A stretch of DNA of 45,260 bases from Bacillota bacterium (GTDB lineage: Bacteria; Bacillota; Clostridia; Christensenellales; CAG-138), in NCBI GenBank assembly GCA_022707005.1, contig JAKJBL010000005.1, positions 1 to 45,260 on the forward strand. Reading direction: 5' to 3'. Shown here in pieces: positions 17,340 through 28,051 of this stretch (position 1 is the first letter of the stretch; the number at the start of each line of letters is the position of its first letter). The position numbers and the translations under genes are program-made. A model generated the notes under the pieces. The model had not been told where the DNA came from. It saw nothing but the letters and a program-made list of their open reading frames with translations, and searched no databases.

Positions 17340-17377
17340 CTTAGATATATAGTTGAGGTTTAGGCGCAAATACTTGA

Positions 17378-17902
<525 letters not shown>

Positions 17903-17970
17903 ATTTTGGATGCTTTATAACTTGTGTACCTGCCATTCCCCCAAGCAAAGCGGGTTTGGCTTAAACAGGT

Positions 17971-18606
17971 GTGTTAATCGGAAAGGCTGGTGGCGCATTG
18001 ATACAGAGCGAATCTAACAATGGAGCGCAAAAACTAATCGACCGCATTTTAGATGATGCAAGAGCTGAAGCAGAGGTTATTGCAAAACAGTCGCAAGCTG
18101 AAGCTCAGGCTATTCGTGAGCGTGCAAAACGCGATGAGGCGGAGATTTTTAATGAGGCTGCAGCAAGGATTGAGCGAATGCGCAAAGAGGTGCTTGAGCG
18201 GCATCGTACAAACGCTGAGCTTGATTCGAGGAAATACATGCTTGCCAAAAAACGTGACATCATTGAGAAAGCGTATACGTCAGCGTTGGAGCAGCTCCAT
18301 AAAATAAGCGGCAAAAAACGCGAAGAGTTTTTGCAAAAACTCACAATAAATGAAGCTGACGGCGGAGAGCGAATTATCCCATCTAAAAATGACGCAGAAG
18401 TATTTGCCCACATACTGCCGCAGATAAATAAAGCGCTTGAAGCTGCAGGCAAAACGAAGCTTGAACTTGGCAGCGAAGCAACATCTTTAAGCGGCGGTTT
18501 TTTGCTCATAGGTGAAGGCTATGAGAAGGATTGTTCGTTTGATGCGCTTTTGCGCGATGTACGCAACAAAACAGAAAGTGAAGTTGCGCTAATTTTATTC
18601 GAATAA
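17971..18606 (+). CDS. ntpE: V-type ATPase subunit E
   Basis: Typical N-terminus ...KLIDRILDDARAEAEVIAKQSQAEAQAI and operon position. Start uncertain: GTG at 17971 or in-frame TTG at 17998. Confidence 0.85.
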   Translation: MLIGKAGGALIQSESNNGAQKLIDRILDDARAEAEVIAKQSQAEAQAIRERAKRDEAEIFNEAAARIERMRKEVLERHRTNAELDSRKYMLAKKRDIIEKAYTSALEQLHKISGKKREEFLQKLTINEADGGERIIPSKNDAEVFAHILPQINKALEAAGKTKLELGSEATSLSGGFLLIGEGYEKDCSFDALLRDVRNKTESEVALILFE

Positions 18607-18620
18607 AGCGAGGGTTTAAT

Positions 18621-19601
18621 ATGCCACAGCAGAGCGCCTTATTCGGCGTGGCGCGAATACGCGTGCATGAAAAAAAGCTGATTAACAAAGAGAAACTTGC
18701 CCGCATGGCTGAGGCCAGCGCACAGGAGGCACTGCGTTTGTTGCTGGATTCAGGCTATGGAACAATGCCTGAGGCGACAATAGAAGACTCTGAAGAAATT
18801 ATTGCTTCAGCGCTTTCACAGACTTATTCGCTTGTGCGCGAAGTAACGCCTAATTCGCTCCTTACGGATATTTTTCTTATGAAAGCTGATATCCATAACT
18901 TGAAGCTGCTGCTTAAGCTCAGACTGACAGGTTCAACTGAGGAACCTGCATTTATGTCAGGCGGCGTATACAGCACAGAGGCGCTCTCTCAAATGGTTGC
19001 CTCATCTGATTATTCCGCGCTTGCTGATTGGCTCTGCGCAGCAATGGAGTCGCTTGAGCAAAGCTTTGTTTCTCACATAAACCCTGTTAAAATATCAGTT
19101 CAGCTTGATAATGCATATATGGAATATGCGCTTAAAAACGGAAACAGCTTTGTTGTGGAATATTTTAAAGCACAGGCAGACTTTAACAATGTGCTCGCAG
19201 CATTGCGGCTTCGTGCAATGAACCAAGGCGCAGATAAACTAAAAGAAGTTTTTATACCGGGCGGCGATATCACATTTCTAACGCTTTCATGCGCTATGGA
19301 AGTACCTGTTGAAGCGTTTGCAAAGGCAGTTTCAACAGGGCCTGCAAGCCGCTCAATACAGCTTGGCATAGATGCGATGCTTCGCACCGGGAGGATATCT
19401 TCGCTCGAGCGTGAAAGAGATAACTATTTAATTGTTTTAGCAGGCCGCAATAAGGGCGAAATTGATACAATTGCGCCTATAATAGGCTTTCTGCTCGCTC
19501 GCGAACAAGAAGCAAGAAGCATTAGGCTAATTCTAACAGCCAAACGCAATAATCTGCCGGATTCAATTATTTCGGAAAGGCTGCGGGAGCTCTATGGATA
19601 A
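18621..19601 (+). CDS. ntpC: V-type ATPase subunit C (V0 d-subunit homologue)
   Basis: 326 aa, all-helical, conserved operon position between E and F. Confidence 0.85.
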   Translation: MPQQSALFGVARIRVHEKKLINKEKLARMAEASAQEALRLLLDSGYGTMPEATIEDSEEIIASALSQTYSLVREVTPNSLLTDIFLMKADIHNLKLLLKLRLTGSTEEPAFMSGGVYSTEALSQMVASSDYSALADWLCAAMESLEQSFVSHINPVKISVQLDNAYMEYALKNGNSFVVEYFKAQADFNNVLAALRLRAMNQGADKLKEVFIPGGDITFLTLSCAMEVPVEAFAKAVSTGPASRSIQLGIDAMLRTGRISSLERERDNYLIVLAGRNKGEIDTIAPIIGFLLAREQEARSIRLILTAKRNNLPDSIISERLRELYG

Positions 19602-19929
19602 AAAAAAGGCTGGCATAGCAATAATAGGCGACCGTGACTCTGTGCTTGTTGCAAAGGCAGTAGGGCTAGCGGTGTTTGATGAATCAAATTCAGAACGGGC
19701 TTCAAAACTAATACATAGGCTGGCAAGAGAGAATTACAAGGTGATATTTCTTACAGAGCCGCTCTATAATGGCTGCAGCGAAGCCATATCAAAATACAAA
19801 ACCGAGACATTCCCAGCTATTATACCGATTCCGGATTCACACGGTGCTTCCGGGGTAGCAATGGCTCAAATAAAAGCAAACGTTGAAAAAGCAATTGGTA
19901 CGGACATTCTTTTTGCGGAGGAAGGTTAA
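19594..19929 (+). CDS. ntpG: V-type ATPase subunit F
   Basis: 111 aa, IAIIGDRDSVLVAKAVGL...VIFLTE pattern. Overlaps the subunit C stop. Confidence 0.85.
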   Translation: MDKKKAGIAIIGDRDSVLVAKAVGLAVFDESNSERASKLIHRLARENYKVIFLTEPLYNGCSEAISKYKTETFPAIIPIPDSHGASGVAMAQIKANVEKAIGTDILFAEEG

Positions 19930-21705
19930 ATGGGTGAAGTTGGAACTATTATCAAGGTATCCGGCCCGTTGATTGTTGCAGACGGCATGGCGGATGTTCA
20001 AATGTATGACGTTGTCCGCGTTTCACAAAAAAGGCTAATCGGCGAGGTCATTGAACTGCGCGGTGACCGTGCATCAATACAGGTTTATGAGGAAACTGGA
20101 GGTATAGGCCCGGGAGAGCCCGTTGAAACGACAGGCGCACCTCTTTCTGTTGAGCTTGCGCCCGGCCTCATTGAATCTATTTACGATGGAATACAGCGGC
20201 CGCTTAATATAATCCGAGACCAAACAGGCGACCGTATCACGCGCGGAATTGTTGTTGATGCGCTTGACCACGAAAAGCTCTGGGAGTTTAAACCGGTTTG
20301 CGCAGTGGGAGAGTTAGTCAAAGCAGGAGATATTTTAGGCACAGTTCAGGAAACCGAAGCAGTTGAGCACCGTGTAATGGTACCGCCTGGTGTAGAGGGA
20401 ACGCTGAGCTGGATATTCGAAGGAAGCTGCAACATTATTTCTCCTATCGCCAAAATTAAGACTGAAAAAGAAGAGCAAGAAGTTAATATGCTGCAAAGAT
20501 GGCCTGTTAGAAAAGGCAGGCCATACGGCAAAAAGCTGCCGCCAAACGAGCCAATGCTGACAGGCCAGCGTGTTATAGACACCCTTTTCCCAATTGCAAA
20601 AGGTGGTGTGGCTGCTGTGCCCGGCCCGTTTGGAAGCGGCAAAACAGTGGTGCAGCATCAACTTGCAAAATGGGCTGATGCAGATATTATAGTTTATGTT
20701 GGTTGCGGTGAGCGTGGAAACGAAATGACGGACGTGCTTATGGAGTTTCCCGAACTAAAAGACCCGCGCACAGGGCTCTCCCTTATGAAGCGCACGGTTT
20801 TAATAGCTAACACCTCCGATATGCCGGTCGCAGCTCGCGAAGCATCAATTTATACGGGCATAACAATAGCAGAGTATTTCCGCGACATGGGCTATAAGGT
20901 TGCAGTTATGGCTGATTCAACTTCACGCTGGGCAGAAGCGCTTCGTGAAATGAGCGGCAGGTTGGAAGAAATGCCTGGCGAGGAAGGTTACCCAGCGTAT
21001 CTTTCGAGCCGCTTAGCTGAGTTTTATGAACGCGCAGGTATTGTTGAAACGCTTGGCAGCAATCCGCGGCTTGGCGCAGTAACAGCAATCGGCGCTGTAT
21101 CACCTCCAGGCGGAGATATTTCCGAGCCAGTTTCGCAGGCTACTCTTCGGATTGTTAAAGTATACTGGGGGCTTTCGAGCAGGCTTGCATATGCGCGCCA
21201 CTTTCCTGCTATAGATTGGCTGCAGAGTTACTCCCTTTATATTGACAGGCTTAGTGCATGGTATAAAAAAGAAATTACCGAAGAATGGCCTGATATGGTT
21301 CAGCGCTTGATGGATCTTTTGCAAAGCGAGAGTGAACTTGATGAAATTGTGCGGCTTGTAGGAATTGACGCGCTAAGCTTTAACGACCGCTTGATACTTG
21401 AGGCAACGCGCTCAATACGCGAAGATTTTCTCCACCAAAACGCATTCCATGAAGTTGATACATATGCCTCATTAAAGAAGCAGCTTATGATGCTTTCTGT
21501 AATACTTGCCTATTATGAGCAAGGAATGGACGCGCTTAATGCGGATGCCTCTTTTGCAAAGCTTACAGCTTTGCCTGTGCGCGAGGCAATAGCGCGGTTT
21601 AAGTATACGCCTGAAGAAGAATGCGAAGAACGCTTTAAGCAGATAATGGAACAGCTCTGCAATGAAATGAACGGGCTTTCCGAGGGAGGGGAAGAGGATG
21701 CGTAA
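19930..21705 (+). CDS. ntpA: V-type ATPase catalytic subunit A
   Basis: 591 aa. Walker [10 protein letters not shown]; the non-homologous insert region typical of A subunits; [13 protein letters not shown]. Confidence 0.96.
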   Translation: MGEVGTIIKVSGPLIVADGMADVQMYDVVRVSQKRLIGEVIELRGDRASIQVYEETGGIGPGEPVETTGAPLSVELAPGLIESIYDGIQRPLNIIRDQTGDRITRGIVVDALDHEKLWEFKPVCAVGELVKAGDILGTVQETEAVEHRVMVPPGVEGTLSWIFEGSCNIISPIAKIKTEKEEQEVNMLQRWPVRKGRPYGKKLPPNEPMLTGQRVIDTLFPIAKGGVAAVPGPFGSGKTVVQHQLAKWADADIIVYVGCGERGNEMTDVLMEFPELKDPRTGLSLMKRTVLIANTSDMPVAAREASIYTGITIAEYFRDMGYKVAVMADSTSRWAEALREMSGRLEEMPGEEGYPAYLSSRLAEFYERAGIVETLGSNPRLGAVTAIGAVSPPGGDISEPVSQATLRIVKVYWGLSSRLAYARHFPAIDWLQSYSLYIDRLSAWYKKEITEEWPDMVQRLMDLLQSESELDEIVRLVGIDALSFNDRLILEATRSIREDFLHQNAFHEVDTYASLKKQLMMLSVILAYYEQGMDALNADASFAKLTALPVREAIARFKYTPEEECEERFKQIMEQLCNEMNGLSEGGEEDA

Positions 21706-23080
21706 GGAATACCGCACCATAAAAGAAGTCGTAGGACCCCTAATGATGGTTGAAAATGTCGAAGGGGTAAAATATGACGAACTTGTTGAAATCGAACAGC
21801 AAGATGGTGAACTGCGCCATGGAAGGGTCCTTGAAATAAACGGCGATAAAGCGTTGCTGCAGCTTTTTGAAGGCTCACAGGGCTTGCGCATAACAACATC
21901 AAAGGCGCGATTTCTTGGCAGAAGTATTGAGCTTGCAGTAGCACCTGATATGCTGGGCCGTGTTTTTAGCGGTATGGGAAGCCCAATTGATGGAGGTGCT
22001 GAGTTAATACCCGTAAAGCGGCTTGATATCAATGGGGCGCCTATGAACCCCACTGCACGCGACTACCCAAGCGAGTTTATCCAAACAGGCATTTCTGCAA
22101 TAGATGGGCTCAATACTCTCGTGCGTGGGCAGAAGCTTCCGGTTTTCTCAGGGAGCGGTTTGCCGCATGCGCAAGTGGCTGCGCAAATTGCCCGGCAATC
22201 CAAGGTTCTTGGCAAGGACGAAAACTTTGCTGTGGTATTTGCGGCTGTTGGCATAACATTCGAAGAAGCAGATTATTTTATAAGTGATTTTCGTGCAACA
22301 GGCGCAATCGAACGTACAGTAACTTTTGTAAATCTTGCAAATGACCCTGCCATTGAACGTATTGCAACACCGCGAATGGCAATTACTGCAGCTGAATACC
22401 TTGCATATGAACTTGATATGCATGTGCTGGTCATAATTACGGATATCACAAACTATGCAGAGGCTTTGCGGGAGGTTTCCGCAGCCCGCAAGGAAGTGCC
22501 GGGCCGCCGTGGATATCCAGGGTATCTCTACACAGACCTTGCAACGATGTATGAACGCGCAGGCAGAATAAAAGACAAAAAGGGTTCCATCACAATGATA
22601 CCAATTTTGTCAATGCCTGAAGATGATATAACGCACCCTATCCCCGATTTGACCGGCTACATTACAGAAGGGCAAATCATCCTCTCGCGCGAACTGAACA
22701 GGCGCGGGTTAACGCCGCCAATAAATGTCTTGCCCTCGCTCTCACGCTTAAAGGATAAAGGCATAGGCAGCGGTAAAACCAGGGAAGACCATGCGGATAC
22801 CATGAACCAGCTCTTTGCCGCATATTCGCGCGGCAGAGATGCAAAGGAACTTGCTGTTATTCTTGGGGATGCAGCGCTCTCGGATACTGACAAACTTTAT
22901 GCGAAATTTGCAGACAGTTTTGAAAAGGAATATGTGTCCCAAGGTTATTATACAAACCGGACAATCGAGGAAACTTTAGCAATAGGGTGGAAACTGCTTT
23001 CGATTTTGCCAACAACCGAGCTTAAACGAATTAGGGATGCTTATATCGAAAAGTATTTGCCTAAAGCTAAGGAGGAGTAG
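21698..23080 (+). CDS. ntpB: V-type ATPase subunit B
   Basis: 460 aa. [43 protein letters not shown]. Overlaps the A stop by 8 nt. Confidence 0.96.
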   Translation: MRKEYRTIKEVVGPLMMVENVEGVKYDELVEIEQQDGELRHGRVLEINGDKALLQLFEGSQGLRITTSKARFLGRSIELAVAPDMLGRVFSGMGSPIDGGAELIPVKRLDINGAPMNPTARDYPSEFIQTGISAIDGLNTLVRGQKLPVFSGSGLPHAQVAAQIARQSKVLGKDENFAVVFAAVGITFEEADYFISDFRATGAIERTVTFVNLANDPAIERIATPRMAITAAEYLAYELDMHVLVIITDITNYAEALREVSAARKEVPGRRGYPGYLYTDLATMYERAGRIKDKKGSITMIPILSMPEDDITHPIPDLTGYITEGQIILSRELNRRGLTPPINVLPSLSRLKDKGIGSGKTREDHADTMNQLFAAYSRGRDAKELAVILGDAALSDTDKLYAKFADSFEKEYVSQGYYTNRTIEETLAIGWKLLSILPTTELKRIRDAYIEKYLPKAKEE

Positions 23081-23082
23081 CT

Positions 23083-23712
23083 ATGGCTGCCCTGCAGGTA
23101 AAACCTACGCGCATGGAATTAAGCAACCTGAAGAAAAAACGTCAGGTTGCTGTGCGCGGGCATAAACTGATGAAAGACAAGCGCGATGAAATGGTGCGCA
23201 GGTTCATCATTTATATTAGGCGCAACCGTATGCTGCGTGAGCAGGTAGAGCAAAAGCTTTCTCTTGCGATGTCGGAATTTGTAATTGCCCGCGCCTCAAT
23301 GAGCCATGCATCAATCGAAGAAGCGCTCAGTTATCCTGCACGCCCCGCAACAGTGCATGCATCAACGCGCAATGTGCTCTCAATAAAGATGCCTGAACTT
23401 ACGCTTGAGGAAAGCGCCGGATTTGAGTATCCATACGGGTTTGCGACTACCAGTGCAGAACTTGATGCTGCAGTTCAAGCATTTGCTGAACTCCTGCCAA
23501 TGCTTATTGAGCTTGCTGAAGTAGAAAAAATCTGCAACCGGCTTGCGGACGAAATAGAAAAAACAAGGCGTCGTGTTAATGCGCTTGAATATGTGATGAT
23601 ACCTCAGTTTGAGGAAGCAATCCGTATGATTACAATGAAACTCGATGAAAATGAGCGCGGCAATCTGACGCGCCTCATGAAAACAAAAGAAATGCTTGCG
23701 CAAAAGAGCTAA
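23083..23712 (+). CDS. ntpD: V-type ATPase subunit D (central stalk)
   Basis: 209 aa. VKPTRMELSNLKKKRQVAVRGHKLMKDKRDE is the typical D-subunit N-terminus. Confidence 0.93.
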   Translation: MAALQVKPTRMELSNLKKKRQVAVRGHKLMKDKRDEMVRRFIIYIRRNRMLREQVEQKLSLAMSEFVIARASMSHASIEEALSYPARPATVHASTRNVLSIKMPELTLEESAGFEYPYGFATTSAELDAAVQAFAELLPMLIELAEVEKICNRLADEIEKTRRRVNALEYVMIPQFEEAIRMITMKLDENERGNLTRLMKTKEMLAQKS

Positions 23713-23858
23713 CTAGTTTTGGCATAAACAGGGTCGTACAGAAACGGATAATTGGTTGATCTTTTAACAATACATCAGGGTTGTGCAGGAATCTTATTCA
23801 GCTTTCCGTACAGCCTTTTTTGTATTTGCAAGCTACTTTAATGGATGAAGAAATTCTA

Positions 23859-23887
23859 TTGTCTTAGTAGCCGCATAATTATATAAT
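23859..23887 (+). promoter_or_regulatory. Candidate sigma-A promoter of the two-component operon
   Basis: TTGTCT (23859-23864), 17 nt, TATAAT (23882-23887), about 30 nt upstream of the GGGAGG SD. Confidence 0.55.
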
Positions 23888-23918
23888 TTACGCAGCAGCA
23901 ACTTAGGGAGGACTTGTA

Positions 23919-24611
23919 ATGCAAAAGGCGCCTCATATTCTTATATGTGACGACCAGCCGATAATCCATGAGTCACTTGGCATTTATCTCGAAAGAGAGG
24001 GCTTTACGCATGAGAGCGCTTTTGATGGTGTGCAGGCGCTGAAGAAGGCGCGCGAAAACCCACCAAGTTTAATTCTGCTTGATTTAATGATGCCTGGAAT
24101 AAGCGGGACTGAGGTTTGCCGAGAATTGCGAAAGACAAGCCAGGTGCCAATAATTATGCTTACAGCTAAGAGCGAAGAAGTCGATAGGATTCTCGGGCTT
24201 GAGTTTGGAGCAGATGATTATATAGTGAAACCATTCAGCGCGCGCGAGGTGGTAGCGCGTGTTAAAGCTGTGCTTAGGCGAACAGAGCAGAAGCAGGTTC
24301 AACCTCTGCAGATTTTAAGGTTTGAAGGGCTTGAAATAAACGCTGCAAGCTACGATGTACGGGTCGATGGCAAATCTGTGCCCTTAACCCCAAAAGAAGT
24401 TGAAATTCTATATTTGTTGGCTTCCCAACCCGGCCGTGTATTTGACCGTGAACAGATATTGGCAAAGGTTTGGGGATATGATTACTTTGGTGATACCCGC
24501 GCTGTTGATACTCAAATAAAAAGAATACGGCAAAAGCTCCCACAGGATAGTGTTGATTGGGGAGTTAAAACTGTTTATGGCATAGGCTATAAGTTCGAGA
24601 CAGGTAAATGA
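23919..24611 (+). CDS. OmpR-family response regulator
   Basis: Receiver domain (ILICDDQ...LILLDLMMPG...MLTAK) plus a winged-helix output domain (LTPKEVEILYLLA...DTRAVDTQIKRIRQKL). Confidence 0.93.
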   Translation: MQKAPHILICDDQPIIHESLGIYLEREGFTHESAFDGVQALKKARENPPSLILLDLMMPGISGTEVCRELRKTSQVPIIMLTAKSEEVDRILGLEFGADDYIVKPFSAREVVARVKAVLRRTEQKQVQPLQILRFEGLEINAASYDVRVDGKSVPLTPKEVEILYLLASQPGRVFDREQILAKVWGYDYFGDTRAVDTQIKRIRQKLPQDSVDWGVKTVYGIGYKFETGK

Positions 24612-26362
24612 AAAGCGGATTTTTAAATAAACTGCTGCTGTTCACCTTCCTTTCACTTCTGCTTTTTGCGCTGTTGGCAGGAATCATGTTTTCATATACA
24701 AGCCAAAATGTGTTTATGAGCATTAAAGCAAGGGATTTAATTCCGCGCGCTGTTTTCATCAGCGCAATCGTATCCCAGTATCAGCGTGGTGAAATTTCTG
24801 CTCTGACGCTTGAAAGCATATTAAACAGCGATATGATGCTTTGGGATGCAACTGTGCATATTATTGTATCAGACGGTATGTTAATCGCCAATACAGGGGG
24901 AGAAGCAGGTGCTGAGGCGCTAAATCTTCTCGTGCCTTATCTGCCTCAAGTATTATCTGATTCAACGGGTATATTGGTAGCAAATTCAAAAGAGCTTGGA
25001 ATCATTGTTGCAGCTGCAGTATATGGTGTTGATGCATCTGTGCTTGGAGCTGTGTTTTTAACCAAGCCGCTTTATGAGGTAAAAGCAGCTTTAAGCGGGC
25101 TTAACAGCGCGCTTATCGTTAGCCTGATAGGCGTTTTTATGGTAATGCTCTTGCCAGCATACCTTGGGTCACGCGGCATAACCAGGCCGCTCCTGCAAAT
25201 GTCACTTGCTGCAAAAGCTATGGCAAAAGGCGATTTTTCTATTCGCGCAAATGAAAGACGCACTGATGAACTTGGTCAGCTTGGGAATTCACTTAATGAA
25301 CTTGCTGAGGAACTGTCAAAAACCATTGGCGATTTAACGCTTGAACGCAACCGGCTGCGTAATATTTTAGATGGCTTAAAAGAAGGTGTAGTTGCTGTAG
25401 ATAATGCAGGCGCTATTACCCACTTTAATAAAGCTGCAGAAAACATTTTAGCCATTCCCGGCGAAAGCCTGTTGGAACGTTTAAATGAGCTGTGGCCGGA
25501 TACTTTGCAGGATGCGGCTATGCAGAAAGATGGCATTGCAGCTAATTCTCGAGTAGTTGCATTCGGACAAGAGCAGCTTCAAATAACAAAAACAGGTATT
25601 CTCGGGCGGGAAGGTGAACCTGCAGGCGCCGTTGCGACGATACGGAATATAACTGAAGAAATGCGCCTTGAACAGACACGCCGCGACTATGTTGCTAATG
25701 TCAGTCATGAACTGCGTACACCTACGGCTTCTATTCGAAGTCTTGCCGAAGCGCTCAACGATGGGCTTGTAAAAGAAGAAGAAGACAGCCAAAGGTATTA
25801 TGGCTATATTCTAAGAGAAAGCATTAGGCTCTCAAGGCTCATTGATGACTTGCTTGAACTCTCAAGGCTGCAGTCTGGGGCAGTCGCTCTAAAAAAATAT
25901 AATGTTGATTTAAAGCCTCTGCTAGATGGGTTAGCCGAGCGATTTGAACTTGCTGCAACGGAAAGCGGCCTGGAGTTTTCTTATTCGCCCGAACTGTCTA
26001 AGCTAAAGGCATATACAAACAAAGACAGGGTAGAGCAAATCCTAATAATACTTTTGGATAACGCAATCAAGTATGCAGTGGATGGGGGGTTAGTCAGGTT
26101 AGCTGCAAAAGATAAACCCGAGGGTTTAATGCTCTCTGTCTGCAGTACAGGCGAAATTCAAAGAGAACATCTGCCTCACCTGTTTGAACGTTTTTACAAA
26201 GCTGATAACGCACATGCAGAGCAGGGCATAGGTCTTGGACTTGCAATAGCGAAGGAAATAGCAGCATTGCTTGGGGAGCGGATTTGGGCAGAAAACTGCA
26301 GCGGAGAAGCCTGTTTTAGATTTATGTTGAAACATTACTCTTATACTGTGCAAAATTCTTAA
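24608..26362 (+). CDS. Sensor histidine kinase (2 TM, HAMP, PAS-like, HisKA, HATPase_c)
   Basis: H-box SHELRTPTASI, N-box LLDNAIKYA, G-box GIGLGLAIAKEI. Overlaps the regulator stop (ATGA). Confidence 0.93.
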   Translation: MKSGFLNKLLLFTFLSLLLFALLAGIMFSYTSQNVFMSIKARDLIPRAVFISAIVSQYQRGEISALTLESILNSDMMLWDATVHIIVSDGMLIANTGGEAGAEALNLLVPYLPQVLSDSTGILVANSKELGIIVAAAVYGVDASVLGAVFLTKPLYEVKAALSGLNSALIVSLIGVFMVMLLPAYLGSRGITRPLLQMSLAAKAMAKGDFSIRANERRTDELGQLGNSLNELAEELSKTIGDLTLERNRLRNILDGLKEGVVAVDNAGAITHFNKAAENILAIPGESLLERLNELWPDTLQDAAMQKDGIAANSRVVAFGQEQLQITKTGILGREGEPAGAVATIRNITEEMRLEQTRRDYVANVSHELRTPTASIRSLAEALNDGLVKEEEDSQRYYGYILRESIRLSRLIDDLLELSRLQSGAVALKKYNVDLKPLLDGLAERFELAATESGLEFSYSPELSKLKAYTNKDRVEQILIILLDNAIKYAVDGGLVRLAAKDKPEGLMLSVCSTGEIQREHLPHLFERFYKADNAHAEQGIGLGLAIAKEIAALLGERIWAENCSGEACFRFMLKHYSYTVQNS

Positions 26363-26430
26363 TTCCAAAAGCAGAACATCTACTCTTTTATGCCATAATA
26401 CACAAATTATGCATATACAGGCTTCATTTG

Positions 26431-26464
26431 TTCTACAAATTAAATATTAAGCATATGTTATACT
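26431..26464 (+). promoter_or_regulatory. Candidate spoIIG promoter with a Spo0A-box-like element
   Basis: TTCTACA (26431-26437; rc TGTAGAA, 1 mismatch from the 0A-box core TGTCGAA) lies 21 nt upstream of TATACT (26459-26464). This over-long spacing is the known hallmark of the Spo0A-activated spoIIG promoter in Bacillus. Confidence 0.4.
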
Positions 26465-26514
26465 GTGCCATCAATCAATGGCTTGGGCTGCTGCCTTGCT
26501 AACTGGAGACGGGT

Positions 26515-27294
26515 ATGCGCATTTCAATTGAATGGTTTCTGTTGGATAATATGCTTATGAATCTTGCGGTTTTAGTCCTTTCTGCAGCCTTATCAGGATT
26601 TCGGCTGAGTATGCCCGCTGCTTTTGCAGCTTCACTTTCCGGTGCGGTATTTGCCCTTTTAGCGGTTTCAAGCTGTCCTGTGCTCACAAAACTGCTGCCG
26701 AAACTCCTGTTTGCCTTAGTTCTTGCGCTTGGATTAAAATTCAGTAATTTTGCAGGGTATTTGAGGTCACTTCTATGTGTGTTGTTAAGCGCCATGCTGC
26801 TAGGCGGTTTAATGCTTATATTGGTGCATTTGCAAACTAATGAAGTAAAGTCTGCTTTTGTTGGAGGGGTTCTTCTTGGGTCGGTTGAAATACGCCTGCT
26901 GCTTTTAACAGTGGCTTTTGCTGCAGTTTTGCCTCGTTGTTTGCGTTATCTAAGAAATATAACACGAATTGATACAAACAAAATACCTTTGAAAGTGATT
27001 GTAGACGGATACAGCTTAAGCACTACCGCCCTCATTGATTCTGGCAACCTGCTTGTGGAGCCGATTTCAGGCCTTCCTGTTGTTTTAATTAACAACTGCC
27101 CAAAGTTTGAGGAAGGATACCCGGTTCTTTATAGCAGCTTTGGTTCAGATGGCGAAATAATTGCGCGCAGGGCGAAGTCTGCAAAAGCATTTATAGGCGG
27201 TGCTTGGCGGGAGATGGATGTAATGATTGCTTCCGCTCCTTCAAGAATTGGGGATGCAGGAGCCATAATCGGCAGTATTGCGCTGCCATCATAA
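26515..27294 (+). CDS. spoIIGA: Sigma-E processing aspartic protease SpoIIGA
   Basis: 259 aa. 5-TM N-terminal half; C-terminal protease half with ALIDSGNLLVEPISGLPVV (DSG/DTG active site). Directly upstream of sigE. Confidence 0.9.
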   Translation: MRISIEWFLLDNMLMNLAVLVLSAALSGFRLSMPAAFAASLSGAVFALLAVSSCPVLTKLLPKLLFALVLALGLKFSNFAGYLRSLLCVLLSAMLLGGLMLILVHLQTNEVKSAFVGGVLLGSVEIRLLLLTVAFAAVLPRCLRYLRNITRIDTNKIPLKVIVDGYSLSTTALIDSGNLLVEPISGLPVVLINNCPKFEEGYPVLYSSFGSDGEIIARRAKSAKAFIGGAWREMDVMIASAPSRIGDAGAIIGSIALPS

Positions 27295-27325
27295 ACAAAG
27301 GGTTTCGTGAAGGGGGCAACATCTT

Positions 27326-28024
27326 ATGAAACGCTTAATCCAATGGTTGAGCAGGCTATTCTTTCGCAAACCCAAAGGCATTTGGTATGTCGGCTCTGGG
27401 GAAACCCTGCCGCCGCCGCTTTCAGCAGAAGAAGAACAGGAATGGATTTTGCGGCTTTCCAATGGCGATGCAGCCGCACCTCGCCTTCTTATTGAAAGGA
27501 ACCTCAGGCTTGTCGTCTATATTGCCCGTAAATTTGAAAATACAGGGGTTTGTATTGAGGATTTAATTTCAATAGGCACAATTGGTCTAATTAAAGCTGT
27601 TAATACATTCGACGCGAAAAAGAAAATTAAGCTCGCGACATATGCCTCGCGGTGTATAGAAAACGAAATCCTTATGCATCTAAGGAGAACATGCAGGCTC
27701 AAGATGGAGGTATCGCTTGATGAACCGCTTAACATTGACTGGGATGGCAATGAGTTGCTGCTCTCAGACATACTCGGCACCGATTGCGACATTATCGAGC
27801 GGGGGATAGAAGATGAGGTTGACAGGGAACTGTTGCTCTCAGCTTTAAAAAAACTGACTCCGAGAGAGCAGCATATAGTGGAACTGCGTTTCGGGCTCAA
27901 TACTGAAAAAGAATGTACGCAGAAGCAGGTAGCTGATATTTTAGGAATCTCACAAAGCTATATTTCAAGGCTTGAAAAGCGCATAATAAAAAGACTTAGG
28001 AAAGAAATGCTTAAGATGCAATAA
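27326..28024 (+). CDS. sigE: Sporulation sigma factor pro-sigma-E
   Basis: 232 aa. Pro-sequence [18 protein letters not shown] followed by [17 protein letters not shown] (Bacillus YIGGSEALPPPLSKDEE). Regions 2 and 4 conserved ([14 protein letters not shown]). Confidence 0.95.
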   Translation: MKRLIQWLSRLFFRKPKGIWYVGSGETLPPPLSAEEEQEWILRLSNGDAAAPRLLIERNLRLVVYIARKFENTGVCIEDLISIGTIGLIKAVNTFDAKKKIKLATYASRCIENEILMHLRRTCRLKMEVSLDEPLNIDWDGNELLLSDILGTDCDIIERGIEDEVDRELLLSALKKLTPREQHIVELRFGLNTEKECTQKQVADILGISQSYISRLEKRIIKRLRKEMLKMQ

Positions 28025-28051
28025 GCCCAAACCAAGCCGAGAATTGTAATT

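Noticed and set aside
21472-22053. Long antisense ORFs inside well-identified genes (this 193-aa one in ntpA/ntpB, plus 32638-33141, 13537-14007, 7360-7794, 40543-40935 and others).
   Set aside because: Each lies wholly opposite a strongly supported CDS. They have Ser/Arg/Leu/Pro-rich shadow composition and no translation signals.
23713-23918. Searched the 206-nt gap after ntpD for a terminator or small ORF.
   Set aside because: The T-run at about 23815 is not preceded by a convincing stem, and the only ORFs are under 25 codons with no SD. Apart from the candidate two-component promoter, there is nothing to report here.
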